From the human T2T-CHM13v2.0 reference genome, Homo sapiens, in the NCBI RefSeq assembly GCF_009914755.1, contig NC_060929.1: a DNA stretch of 64,000 nucleotides; one strand, given 5' to 3'. The notes under the pieces are model-generated. The model was given only the letters and a program-made list of their open reading frames with translations. It was not told the DNA's origin and ran no database searches. Below, piece by piece: positions 16,942 to 30,569 of this stretch. A program made the position numbers and the translations under genes. Position 1 is the stretch's first letter, and every line of letters begins with the position of its first letter.

Positions 16942-18863
16942 CTGGACAATTGCAGTAAGTCTCGGTCTGTCTTTAGGTGTTCTTCTTCCTTGCCCATGGC
17001 ATTGCATAAGGTGGCTGTGGCCAGACTGTCTTGGAGCACAGGGCCAATTACTAAGTGACTAAAATAATTCCATTTCTTTTTATCTACCAACACTTGTGTA
17101 GTGCCCTAATCTGCGAATCAGACGAGTCACATGTTTATAATACCATAAGGCTTTTGCCCAAATTGATATCCAATTTTTCTTGTTTGGGTTTATTGTAAGG
17201 GAAAACCTCAGTATTTTTATGGGTAACTAATTACTGTTGATTGTCAGGAACCAGGCCCGAGGAAAGTGGGCTCACCTTCCCAGTGGCGCCAAATGGTGAG
17301 TAACAACCACAGTATACTTTCTTGGTTTCGTAGGTTCTATCTCTAATTCTAACCACCAAGGTAACTCATCAATCATCTTAGACATCATGGCCCAGAAACA
17401 GTTACCTCTATTGTTACCGAACACTTTAGCAACCAAGTTTTCTTCCACTCACCAACAAGCTGTACTTTATCTGACCACCCAGCCCACCAGACTCCTGTTG
17501 TCATTCTTCCAAAAAAGCATTGTGATCTCAATAGCCCAAAGTTGGGAGCCAAATTTGTCAAGAAGGCTGAATGATTCAGTTGGTAAATAAAATATAAACC
17601 CAGATAAAGTCATAGTTTTTCACTTACATTGTCAGCCAAACAAGGTCAACAATGATGGCAGTGCTCCACGTCCCATGTTCCTTGTCCCACAGGTTGACAC
17701 TCAAACAAAAGGGGCAAAATGACATGCAAATAAGTTACGAGGCACTATGTTCTGTGGAGCCAATTCCACACAGCAGCTAAGCAGTTTTATAGTCTGCAGC
17801 TGTACCCTAAGAGGAAACAGGGCAGAAAACACCCCTCTGGGAATTAGAGAGGCAGATGAGGAGCTGCCTGTGAAAGTCTCTCTCAAGGTAAGGGAGTAGG
17901 TGAGACATTGCCTTGCAGCAGTTCCTCAAAGACTGCCCACCTTCCTGTTCCTGCAGGACCACAAGGCATTCTGGTAAGGCTTACATCACATGAGCCTTGA
18001 CTGTGTGGCCTATAAGCTATAAGGTCACCAGGGCACCAGTATTCCCACCACTATGAAAATTTGTTCAGGTCCTAGGGAAACCACTCCTGAAACCCTTCCT
18101 GACTCACATAGGTTTTCTTTGAAGGGCTCACAGCCCCATGCCCAGAATGTGTCCAGTGGGACCAAATGCTAAGCGTAATCTAGAAACAGAATGTTTCAGT
18201 CTCAAGCTTCTGAACAGAATAGTCATATTCCGTGGGTTATTTCTAAGAATCATGATCATGAACACGTAGCATGTTAGATATCAGTGTATTTTACCTAAAC
18301 ACAGAAAGGTAGTAGAGAAATCTGTTGAAAAGGATACTATAAAAGTTCCTTGTTTTATCTTCTTATTCTTATAAGAAGGAAAATATTTTCAGCCCTTTTA
18401 ATTATAACGTGTTTTGAGAGAAAAAGAGAGAGGGAGACAGAGAAAGAGGGAGAGGGAGAGAGACTATTGTAATCATTTTGCTATCTGAAAACAGTCCCCT
18501 ATCCTGCTGTCACTCAAGGAGACACATTTTAAACCAAGTTTTTTTTTACCATGTTCTTCATTTGTTGGTCTTTTCACAAAGAAACTTTGCTGACAGGAAT
18601 ATTTTTTTTCCATCTAGAGATACAATTTATTTGAAGAGAAGTTCTGGAGTCCTCAAATAATTCAACAATGAATTGATGACAATCTAGCATTTGATACAGA
18701 TAGTATAATAACTGAATTAATTATTTCTTCTACAGCAAGATCATCTAAGCTGTAGCCCAGCATGATGATGTTGAATTGTGGCCAAGAATTAGTTATGAAA
18801 GTAATGCAGCAAATACAGCACTTAACATGAAGATTGACCACTTTTTATGATGTTTTGCTATAC

Positions 18864-19103
18864 TAGGGGTTTCTCACGGTGTAGTACACTGCTGCTGCTA
18901 TGCAAAATGATAAGAGGTGTTGTTTGTAATAACATTTTAAATGTTTATAAGTATATATTTATTTATGGTTATTTTTGCAATAGTGATTTGAAGCTTTTGT
19001 TCAAAATAGGTTAAACTATTAATTATGTAATGGCATAGCTACCTATAGAGATATGGAGACACTCATAAGGGTATTAAGATGTGATTGGAATTTGGAATCA
19101 CTA
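18864..19103. mobile_element. Possible hAT-Charlie MER remnant
   Basis: Degenerate TIR-like ends taggggtttctca.../...tttggaatcacta. Confidence 0.35.
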
Positions 19104-19130
19104 AGTTGGAAAGAAAAACCAATTTGATGT

Positions 19131-19570
19131 TGTGGGTTGCACCTATAGCCCCTATTATTCAGCTTTCCCTGTATGTACACTCTTTCCATGTGATTTTGCA
19201 AATTCTTTCCCTAAATGGGTGATGAACATTTCTCTGACCCTTGAGATCATTTTGGTAATGTAACTTATTTGGCTAATAGAAGATGAGAAGTGACAGTGTG
19301 CTGGTGCTGAATCTAGAACTTAAGAGGCCTTGCATGTTTCCACTTGTTGCCTTTGCACCTTTGCATCAACATGAGAAGAACACCTATTAGCTAGCTTGAT
19401 AGTCTAAGGAGATTGAGAGACACATAGGAGAGAGTCACCTCAGCAGAGTCCATCCTAGCTCTGCCTAAACCCAAGCAAATTGCAAATGTATGAGAAATAA
19501 TAAATGTATTTTAAGCCACTGAGTTTGGAGGTTGTTTGTTATGTAGCAATAACATAATATCAATTGATAG
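19131..19570 (+). mobile_element. MLT1 (H/I-like) solo LTR
   Basis: 'aagaggccttgcatgtttccactt' and 3' end 'aataaatgtattttaagccactgagtttggaggttgtttgttatgtagcaata'. Confidence 0.8.
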
Positions 19571-19688
19571 AGAATAAGAAGCAAACAATATATGTCTGCT
19601 AGCCATTTTAATAAATCCCTAGAAAGCACCCAAATGATTTCACATCTATTACTTACTCCAAGTCATCTTCACAATACTGCCATGAAAG

Positions 19689-20523
19689 TGAAATGGGAAA
19701 GTTTTCTTATCTCCCTCACAGGGAGTGTGATGAGAGTGTTGCTTGCTTCTTTGGTGCCCTGCTGCTCACACCTCTAGGGGAGCATGCAGATGGGCAGGTT
19801 GTAGGGATCTGACCCCACAGCAGTGTCTAGAGGTGAATATTTACAGCTCCTGAAGCCCCAGTGGGCAGGGGTTACAGTGCACTCTTTTAGTTTTGCCATC
19901 TGTAGGTGGCTTGTGTTAATAGGCTCAATTAGATCATCTGCTTTACTGCAAGGACAGAGGTCTTTCTGTACTCCAGTGTTCTTGCCTTGGTGCACCAGCA
20001 AAATTGGATCGCACGTGGGCTTGGAGAATGAGTGTAAGGTTTTATTGAATGGTTGAAGTAGCTCTCAATAGATGAATGGGGAGCCAGAAGCCGGATGGAG
20101 TGGGAAGATGGGCTTCCCCAGAATCAGGCCATCCGGTGGCCAGAATCTCCTCCAACCCCTGCCTCCCACCGAATTCCACGTGGTCTCATTTTGATAGCCT
20201 ACTGGCATCTGCTGGTGCCTGTCAGTGTGCTCTTCTGCTTCTCTGCTCCTCTCAACGTCCAGCTACCTGTGTGTTCTTCTGCTGGTGTGTTTCTCTCAAT
20301 GTACAGAGGCATGTGTGTGTGCCCCCTAGGGTCTCAGGGTTTTTATAGGCATCGGATGGAGGGCGTGGAGGGCCAGGGTGGCCTTGAAAAATGCAATATT
20401 TAGGCATGAAAACAGGAGTTCCTGTCCTCACCTAGGTCCGTGGGCACAGGCGCAAAGGTGGAGCCCTCGCCAGGGACCCTGCCTTTCTCTACCCATCACT
20501 TCCCTGCCCCCTCTCCTGTATCA
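19689..20523 (-). mobile_element. LTR1-family (ERV1) solo LTR
   Basis: Minus strand starts tgatacaggagaggggcagggaagtg; TG...CA termini; near-TSD aaag/aagg. Confidence 0.8.
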
Positions 20524-21471
20524 AAGGCAGCAGATCCTATAGCACAACCATTCATTCTACAGATGAGGAGACAAAGTTTCTGCAAAATTCACTGAATTTC
20601 TTCTGTAACTCTCATGACTAGATTATTGGTGATACATTTTTAAAACACTAAATTAGAGCCCAATATTATTCCATTATCACTGGGCATACATCACTGGAAA
20701 GTAAATCATTACATTTGATTTTTTTTTTATTTCTAGAAACTTGAGCTATTTCCAGAGATTCCACATAAAAAGAAGAGAGATGCCTCAGTATTGATTTAAA
20801 AATGGATAGAAAATATTAATTTTTTTCCTAGTCATAGCATTTAGGTTCTTCTCATTTACAAAAAAAAAAAAATTAACAATATACTACACAATGGCTAAAA
20901 ATAATCTATAGAAATACGGGATTATTTTCAAGACACCATGTTAAATTTTTTAAACAGTTCAGGAAAACATGTAGGATTGATAACATTTATGAAAAATATT
21001 AGATATTTTGTGATTTTATTTTTGTATCCATGAATATACTGCATGAATGTAAATATAAGTAAAGATGGATGGAAGTTTTCACAAATTGAAGGGTAGTTAC
21101 CTCACAATGAAAAGAGAGGTGCCTAATATTTCTGGGTAATGAGGAAAGTGGACTGCAGCCTTATAAGCAAGTTAAAATTCCTATAAAGAGACTGTATCTA
21201 TCTATTGTTTGCACAATAAAATATTAATACAAAATGGAACGTTTTTTGGATGAGCAATGAATTATCTGAAGTCAAAGAAATGACTTTATTTTTGCATCCA
21301 AACTAGCATTATGCAACACTGCACATTTTGCATGTTAAGGTGGATTGAAAATAACTTGCCAAAATAACAAACAGAAAAGTTCACAAGTTTCCCATATTAA
21401 TGATCATGAAGAAACAAGAATGCTCCCTTAAGTAGACAAACAAAGCCTTTGCTTCCTCAGACACAGAGATA

Positions 21472-21543
21472 AGATATAAGGGATGTGTTTAGATAAGGGA
21501 TGTGTTAAGATATAAGGGATGTGTTAAGATAAGGGATGTGTTT
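21472..21543. repeat. Minisatellite, 4 copies of aga(ta)taagggatgtgttW
   Basis: Alternating 19/17-bp units forming a 36-bp dimer twice. Confidence 0.95.
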
Positions 21544-22359
21544 ATTGTTCTTTCTGATGTGAATACTCTAATACTGTCACACATAGTGACTTCAACAGTA
21601 GAGAAAATAAGCAAAGTTAGTATCAATTATTAAAATAATTTGTGCATCACTTGTTTCTAGTGTTAAAGAAAGCCTGGATTAAGATCTCAATGTTAATTCA
21701 CAGACACAGTTGTGGATACGTGGAACAATTCAGCAGCATCATTCTTTGTTCTTTGCCCTGCACATTCCATTGACTATTCCTGGACGTGAGCAGAAAACGG
21801 AAAAGTAGACAGATTTCATGAAATAGCTAGATGAATGTCTCAAGCAGCTTGGAAACAGCTGCTACAAGTATTTTCTTCATCATTGCACTTGTTTTGAGCC
21901 CTCTTCTTTTGTATTCAACTCCCCACTTTCACTATACTTGTCTCCCAACATATTTAATAAATAATGAAAGTTACATTGAGAGTAGAAAAGGGCCTAAGCT
22001 AAACAGTGAAGTCAGCAAATGAAAAAAACAAGGACAATAAAACCAATGAGTCAGGAAGGTGGCTCGGTGGAGACTACATTTTCTTTTTCTCCTTTAGTTA
22101 CTTGCGTAACTTATTGCTGTTATTCTCCACTTTTCTGATTTCTCAAATAGACTATGTTCCTTTTTGAAGATCTTCTCTAATATCTTTATTTTCATCATAC
22201 CAGCGTCTAAATTTTTCTCATGAAGAAGCATACTTTGCCATCATTCTGTGAAGCTATTATCCCCATTTGACAGCTGAGGAAGTCCATATCGGATTTTCCC
22301 ATGGCCACAGAGGAGACTTACTCTGTAACACCCTTAGTTCATTTTCCCCTTAATAGACA

Positions 22360-22720
22360 AAATGATTTTTTTAAATATGTGTCAGAACATATGAGCTTTC
22401 TTGTTAAAATATTCCAATAGCTTTCTGCGTATTTAACATAAAATCCAAACTCTTTCTATGCATATAAGGCCCTATTAGGATCTCATCCTGGAAACTCCTT
22501 CAATTTCATCTCTTACTCCTGTCCCCATTGTTCATTATACTTTAGCTACTATGTCTTCTTTCAGTTGATAAAAAAGCAAAGTCTGTTTCTACCCCCAGCT
22601 CTTGCCCTTCTCTTTTCTCTGCATGGAATGCTCTCCTCAGATTTCCATAGAACTAGTCCTTCTCGTCATTCAGGTCTCAGACCAAATATTTCCTCTTCCA
22701 GGATTTCTTCTAGATTGCCT
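22360..22720 (+). mobile_element. L2 3' fragment
   Basis: 'ctgcatggaatgctctcctcagat...tcattcaggtctcagaccaaatatttcctcttcc'. Confidence 0.75.
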
Positions 22721-24844
22721 CATCCAATGTCACCAGATTCCCTAGAATTATGTGGATCAAGAGTAGGAAGGAGCTCAGTTCTTGCCATATTGGCAATCAG
22801 AATATGGATTTTTCGAAGAAGGTAAGAAAATTCGAAGCTATGGAAATAATAACAAGGAAATTCATCTCAAATTGGGTAACTTTTCATCTGAGCGTCAAAA
22901 TAGTGTGCATGAAATGGAGTAGAGGAAGAATAAAACATGTACAAAATATAGTCAAAAGTAGAGAAGGTTTGACTTGATAAAGGAGGTTTTACAAAGTGAG
23001 AATAGACAGGTTGAGAATTAGAGGGTAACTGAAGAAAGACATCGAATGCTGGGCATAAAACATGAGATGATTTGATTTGCTAAGCAGCTAGGCTTTTAAG
23101 CACAGTGTATTACTGAACGCTTCTGAGAAAAAAAAGGGATTTGGTGAAAACCCTTTTTTGAAGAACATTTTGTCTGCTATTTGTCAAATGAGATAACAGT
23201 TGCACTAATTACAGAAAATATATGACAGAAATAGTAAATATACACTGTACTTATCAAAGCAATAAACCTACAGCTCAGTAAATTTAATCTGGCTATTCTA
23301 AAGTGCTACATGCTGTGACTGAGTCCTTTGGTGAGCACACTTAATATTAATAAGGGAGTTTTCAAATTAAGAATTTCTATTTCAGCCTGTTTCCTTACAA
23401 TTAATGTAACTTTATGGGGTATCTTGGGAAGTTAGTTAAATTTAAATGGAGACATTTCTTTTTAGAAAAAACTGAACTATTTTAATTGATGTTCATGCTT
23501 CTATATATATATATATCACTTTGGAATGCAAATTTAATATGCAGTCAGATCTGTTTCTAATCTCAGGTTTTCCATTTACTAGTAGATTAACATTGAATAA
23601 AATACATTAAATTATTTGTATATGTACAAGAAAATAGGGGTTAAGTCATCTCATAAGTTTCTCAAAATCATATTTTCTATATTATGAGGTATCATTAAAA
23701 TACCAAACACACAGAACAGGTGAAGTACACCAAAAGAAAATGCACTATCTGAAGATTATGTGACGATGATATAGTTAGTGATACCTACTCTATACTAGGC
23801 ACTTTGATAAATACTGAGATAAAGTTATGATCAAGTGTATTTCCAGCCCTCAAGAAAATTGTTATCTAATAATCAAAATATTTTCTGTAGCTCAGCTAGA
23901 AACCATCTTCTGCACAGCTATGAATTTGCTATTCATTAATGCTATTTTATAAATCCTGGAATAAATTTTATGTAAATCAGTCTCATGATGATAACACAGA
24001 CCAGAACTATATAGTTTTGGAGATTCAAGCACTTTCAGTTTATTCTAGATTAATTGCTCTATTATATAAACAATATATTTGACATGACTAAGAATATTTA
24101 GAATAAATGACATGACTCTACTTTGAAATTTTTCACCGTTTAAATGGTGTTACAAAAATATAAATGTCAAGTTGACATAAAGACATAGTGATTAGTAAAT
24201 TTAATTTCCTTTGCGTTGCATATCCCTTTACTAAAAAAAAAAAAACAAGTCTTAAGTACTTACTAAAGTGTTCACAGCATGCTATGTGTCCTGGTACATT
24301 TCCAAATAATAATAATAAAAGATCTATAATAATATATTCATAAGATGCATGTAATTATAATTTTTTGTTATTATAAGATTTGTTTTGATAATAGTAAAAG
24401 ATCTATTATTTTCTTACTGTGTGCAAGGTACTCTACTTTGTATTTTATATGCATTTTCTCATTGATTCTACATGGAAACCTTATGAGGTTAAATTTTGTA
24501 ATAAATACATTTAGGGTTTCTTGCATAGCTCATGCTCCCATCTTTGAAATTGCCATTTGCCAGATGAGGATATGAGGCTAGGTGCTGTGTTTAATATATA
24601 TTTTATCCCTGTGGTCACAATTGAGCAGAGAAGAGATTCTGAGTGTTTCAAATTGGACATGAGAAGACCAGGAAAATTAAATGATGATATGAGCTTAAAC
24701 AAAAACATAGTGAACGATACAGGCCAGAATCTGTTCCTTGTTCAGAATAATGCCAAGAATAAATAACACTTTTAGAGGTACAAAGAAGACGTGAAGGCTA
24801 AAAAAAAAAAAAAGAAAAAGAAAAAGAAAACAAAAGAAAATCTC

Positions 24845-25225
24845 ATCCTCAAGTAAAATATGGAGAATTTAAAGGGTGCATAGAAAGATTCAGAGGCAGA
24901 AATTTCAGTCACTATGTGTGCTGGTTGAATTTCATTTTTGTTCTATCATTTAAATTGCTTATTGTACACTTCGGAAAAACCCCTTATTCATTTGTATTGT
25001 ATTACTTTATTAATATAGTGCTTTGTACTGAATGAACCCTGAGTAAAAATGAAGATACTATTTGTCCAACATTCTTGCCAAAATTTTATATTGTAGTATT
25101 TCTATTAGCTATTCCAGCATTTTTTTGTGGAATTATATCTTTTTTAGCTTTAATTTTATTCTCCTAATGACTAATGATTTTTAGTACCTTTTTTGATCAT
25201 TCATTTATCTTTCTTTATATTTATC
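24845..25225 (+). repeat. Inverted duplication 3, left arm (pairs with 25553-25934)
   Basis: ~380 bp; 12 mismatches in the first 116 bp versus the reverse complement of the right arm. Confidence 0.95.
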
Positions 25226-25730
25226 GTAGACATAAATATAAATGTCAGAGTAAAGACTTTAAATGAAAATTTGAGCAAATATCTTCATAATCTTGAAGTA
25301 CACATGTATTTCTTAGATTTGACCAAAATGTACTAACTATACAAGAAAAAATGATAAGTCATATTCATCAAAATTAAAAACATCTGCCCATCAAAGACAT
25401 TAGTAAGAAAATAAGTTGAAAAGCCACACTCTGAGAAAAGAACTATTTGTAATACATACGTTTGGCAAAAGCTCAAATTTATAATACACAGAAAACTTAT
25501 ATAACAAACTTCTATAGGCAAGCAACCCAATTAAAAATGGATAAAAGACTTGGATACATCTAAAGAAAGATAAATTAATGATCAATAAGCATGTAAAAGT
25601 ACTCAAATTATTAGTCATTAGGGAAATATAAATTAAAGCTACAAAAAGATATAATTCCATAAATGCTGGAATAGCTAATAGAAATACTACAATATAAAAT
25701 TTTGTCAACAGTGTTGGACAACTAGTATCC
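25226..25730 (+). mobile_element. Old L1 ORF2 3' fragment, opposite in orientation to the neighbouring L1 pieces
   Basis: 'attcatcaaaattaaaaacatctgcccatcaaagaca', 'caacccaattaaaaatggataaaagacttg', 'ttagtcattagggaaatataaattaaagc'. Confidence 0.8.
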
Positions 25731-25934
25731 TCATTCTTAGGGCTCATTCAGTACAAAGTACTATACTAATATAATAACGCAATACAAGTGAATAAAGGAC
25801 TTTTTCAAAGTGTGCAATAATCAATTTTACTGACAGAACAAAAATGGAATAGAGCCAGCACACATAGTGAGTGAAATTTCTGCTTCTGAATCTTTCTATG
25901 CATCCTTTAACTTCTCCATATTTTACTTGAGGAT
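25553..25934 (-). repeat. Inverted duplication 3, right arm
   Basis: Reverse complement of 24845-25225. Confidence 0.95.
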
Positions 25935-26296
25935 CACTTTTCTTTAGTTTTTATATCTTCTTCGTATACTTACAGAGAAAGGGGTTGAGATTATTTTTTC
26001 CGTTCAAATAACCAGTTTTTCTAACTATTTTTTATTAAAAGTTTTTTATACTTTGTGTTTCAATTGGATAATTCCTATAGAATTGACTTCAAGTTCGCTG
26101 ACACTTTCCTTTTTAGTTGCTAGCATGCTGCTAAATCTGTCAATTGAATTCATTTGGTTTATTTTTATAGTTTTTATCCCTGTGATGAAATATCCAGTTT
26201 ATTATTAAGTGTTACACATGTTTTTTTCAACTAAATCCATGCATACATTTTTCAAATCTAGGCTATCTCTGTATCTGTTTGAATTTTCTGTTTCCT

Positions 26297-26613
<317 letters not shown>

Positions 26614-26809
26614 TGTTTCCTGCCTTGACTATGGACCACAGTTTCTTGTTTCTACATGTTTGGTAATTTTTACCGTACATCAGATATTGAATATAAAAGT
26701 ATCTAGTACATTTGCAAAACAATATTTAGCCTAGAAAATGGTACACCCTTATTTCTGTAAGGTCTCTACTATTGAGGCTGAGTATAGCCATATTTTACCT
26801 GGGTCTGGA

Positions 26810-27290
26810 CTTCGTTGCAGCTTTATTCCTTTTGTTCACCATTGGCTTCCACCATTTGGTGAAAAGAACAACGACATTTTCTTCATCCGAGCTTGGGACT
26901 TGAACATCAGCAAAATGTCAATAATTTTCATGTGCCTTTCCGGATGCCAGCTTTCAAGCCGTGGGAAGTCACTTTCTAATTTAAGCTCGGCACCAGGCCT
27001 TTGGGACACTGAGAAATCCTCTCTCATGTCTAGGTTAATCCTTGGGAAGGTTTCTGGGAATCTCCCTCCCTCAACTGGTCTCCATTCGACCCTTTGAAAC
27101 AGAGCTGCAATGCTTTCAGTGAACACCAGGGGTGCCCGAGAAGGATTTCTCTTTCTCAGAGTTCCTACCTCACCGGTGCGACCTTTGGAGGGTTTCCGCA
27201 ATACACACAGAGACGGTGAAGAGTGGCTTAGGAGGATTTATCTCAGCTTTCCCGTCCTCCTCACCATCGCTGACAGCGGTTACCTGCATT
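26810..27290. promoter_or_regulatory. CpG-retaining patch, candidate promoter/enhancer
   Basis: 15 CpGs in ~470 bp against CpG-depleted flanks. Confidence 0.4.
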
Positions 27291-29074
27291 TGACAATGAC
27301 ACATTGTGTCTCAGGTAGTTGTTCTCTGGCTCTCCTGCCCTGCTTAGCTAAAGTAAGCCACTGCCTTGCAATGGGGACAGCACCTCAGGGATGGGATTCC
27401 CCTTAATTCTCCTGTCCTATCTCAGCTTGATTAAGGAAAGACTAGTAGAAAAAATATTAGTAGAAGAATGCAACTGAATTTGTGACTGGGTTTCCTCAGT
27501 ATTCTAATCTATCAAACCAGCCCACAAATGTCCATTAAAACTGTATTAAATGTTCAGCTGATTCCTCCTTCTGCCTTTCTAAGGAAGATGTCTTATCCTC
27601 CTCTTTCTTCACCAGAAATCAAAGCAGCTGGGAGGCTCTTCTGCCTTTGAAAGGATCCATCACTTTCTGAAGTGGAGTTCATACACTTTTGATGTTGTTT
27701 TGTTTTCATCTTCAGCTCTCTGATGTTTTGTTTTATTTGCTTTCTTTGTTTGTTTTAATGTTGACTTTGTAGCTTCTTTAGCTTGCTCTTTATATTAAAG
27801 TGGAGCCCATAGTCTCTTACAGCTTTGTACATCCCAGTGAAAAGTAGATATTTACTATTAAGTTCGTATTTTTATTATTTTTTTTTACACCTCCGAGTCA
27901 TACCTCTAAGAAAAGCTAATTTATTCTAAAGAAAATCATGTATTTTCTGACATAAAGTCTCATTTTTAAGTAGTTCATTATACATTTTTAAATATACTTC
28001 TTAGCTACCCATATTTTTCTCTAATTTTCTCTTCTGTAAAATTTCTACAAGTCTTTCCAAGTAAATAAAACTCTGTTAGTATTAATAAAAAACAATTTTA
28101 CTTTATGTGAGTAGTGAGGCCTCATATTTATAATTCCCAAGCTACAATATTTCCAAGGAGCTTTTAGAAAGAGTTGATAGAACATGCTGTTAATGATAAC
28201 ATTTTTTCTCCAAAGAAAAAAAGAAATACCAAAAAAATTTCTCAAAATCCATACTTTCATTTTTCATTTCTTTTTCAGTCAAAAATATCTGAAATAATTT
28301 CTTAAGTCTTAAGGTGAATGAAGATCTTTGGACAGAGTTTTTGTATTTATTGACATTCATAAATAGTTCTTGACAAAACTGTTTACATTCATATGTTTTC
28401 AAATAAAGAAAATATAAGATAATTTTGGATACCTCCATTGATTGATATAGTGAACTACCAAGATGTTCACTTCAATCATTTATGATTTACTTCTGAAACA
28501 CCCACAAAAATGTCACTTTTCCTTATGCTGTATTATGACAGGATGTTTCATTATGCCAACTAAAAATACAACATAAAGTAACCCAACATAAAAGATGTAA
28601 TAAAACTTAAAAATATGTAACAAGAGCATTCATTTCAAAAGGAATTAATAATTAAAGCAATAAGATTAGTTGTACGCTAATTTGTATTTTTGAAGTTAGT
28701 CATGTTCCTCAGTAGCATCTTTCTTTTGTCACATTAAAATTGTAGGGACAGCAAAGAGCCATTTGATTTCTTAATTTTTTCCTTCTTCAAAGTGGACTTT
28801 ATGAAGTATATCATTTTTTTTCATGAGCATATAATGATACAATGTGACATGCTGTGAGGAACCAATGCCTACTGCTATTCAAATCAGAGCAGCGTATTGA
28901 AGAATCTGAGGCTCAGAAATCTTCTATTATGTTTTCTTTCCAGTGAGGTTCTTTATAGAATTCCTCAATAGAGGGATATAATATTCATTCTGTAGGTGAT
29001 ATCCAAAATTGTGACTATTAGTGACTTTATCTATTAAGTTATTTATGCCTCTGTGGTTAAAAAAATGACAATGA

Positions 29075-29295
29075 TAGTAGCAGTCATATTTTAGTAAACA
29101 CTAGTAATGTGTCAGACACTATGCTATAAACATTATATATATGTTGTTATTTAGTCTTTATAACAATCTTATAAAGTGGGCTTTATTATTCTCATCTTAT
29201 GGATGAAGACAGACAGTTTAAGTGACTGGACCAAGATTGTACAGTTATTAAGTACCTGAGTGAGAATTCAAATCTAGCACTATCTGATTTTCTCC
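29075..29295 (-). mobile_element. MIR
   Basis: 'tgtgtcagacactatgcta...ttattattctcatcttatggatgaagac...gaattcaaatctag'. Confidence 0.7.
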
Positions 29296-30569
29296 CTGTA
29301 TGAAGAGTGAATATAAGCCAAGCCCTACCCTGCATTGTAGGCATCAGCATGAGAAACACAGCCAGAATCTGGATCTTTACTACTAAAATAATACTACAGG
29401 TACAAACCATCATAATTGATAAATAAATAGATGTAATATATTTAAAAACTTATTTTTCACCAGAAAGGAAAACTGAACCCTAAAGGAAGTTTGCTAGTTG
29501 CTCTTCCCTGGTGCTGGCATTAGGCAATGTTAACCAAAACAAGTATTAACTGTAAGAAAATTTATGCATTGTAAATATTATACAATGTTTCACTAGCAAA
29601 TATTTCATAGATAAAAACTCATGCAATTGTAATTATTCTCAGCTGTCAAAGAAGTAATTCTAATCGATAGCTTATTTTAACTGTGGGGCTGCAAACTGCA
29701 AGTGCAAATACATTTTCCCCTTTCGTCTGCTTCTATAGATAGGAACACCACTGATTAAGGATACATTTTAATGCACAAATGGTCAAAATTTAAAGGTAAC
29801 AAAATGTAGACATGAAAGTGTTCAATAATTCCTTCGTTTCTGGGTTTTAAACAGACATATTTTTGGCCTATGCAAATTACAGTCACTGAAATCATCGGGT
29901 TCTTTTTTTGTCTTGTTTTGTTTTTTTTGTTTTTGTTTTTGTTTTGTTTTGCTTAAGGGACATTTTCTAGGGACTCAAATGGCTTAACGTACTGTCCCCC
30001 CCCAATATTATGGTAATAAATTATAAACCATAAAGCTGGATTCACCAAATTCTGAAAACTATTTCACAGTTTATAGCAGGATGATAAATAAAACTTTCTA
30101 ATGTGTTAGTCAAAACTCCATCAACCACATTAACTCAGCTATAGGTAGCTCAGTATGTGTCGTCATGATGCATACTGCATGCATCATGAATGCATCGTAC
30201 AGTATGATCTATCGAATTATACTTATGACTTTGTTTTGTTTTGTTTGTTTAATTTAAAGTTTCTAAACAGGAGAAACAGTGTCAAGGGCTATGACTGACA
30301 CATGTCTGGAGATATCAGATTATTTTTTCTCTTGAATGGAACAGGTGTTCAGCCTAAAACCCCAGATAATTTTTATAATATTTACATAAACAAGATAAAG
30401 TGATTCTTCAGGACATTCATAGGTAACTATTTTGGGAAAGTTACTGCTTTCTCAGAAATTTTTTAAATGGATGACATTCCTTTCTAGAATGCTGAGAAAG
30501 GAAGCACCACCAATTGCAAATAGACAAAGTTGGGTCGTAAAACCCAAGTTTGCCTGTAAAATCTATAGT

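Noticed and set aside
27123-27137. CTCF-like acaccaggggtgcc
   Set aside because: Lacks the core GGC of the motif
26738-27406. Overlapping 98-121-aa ORFs as a gene
   Set aside because: No recognisable domain; longer ORFs are expected from the locally higher GC
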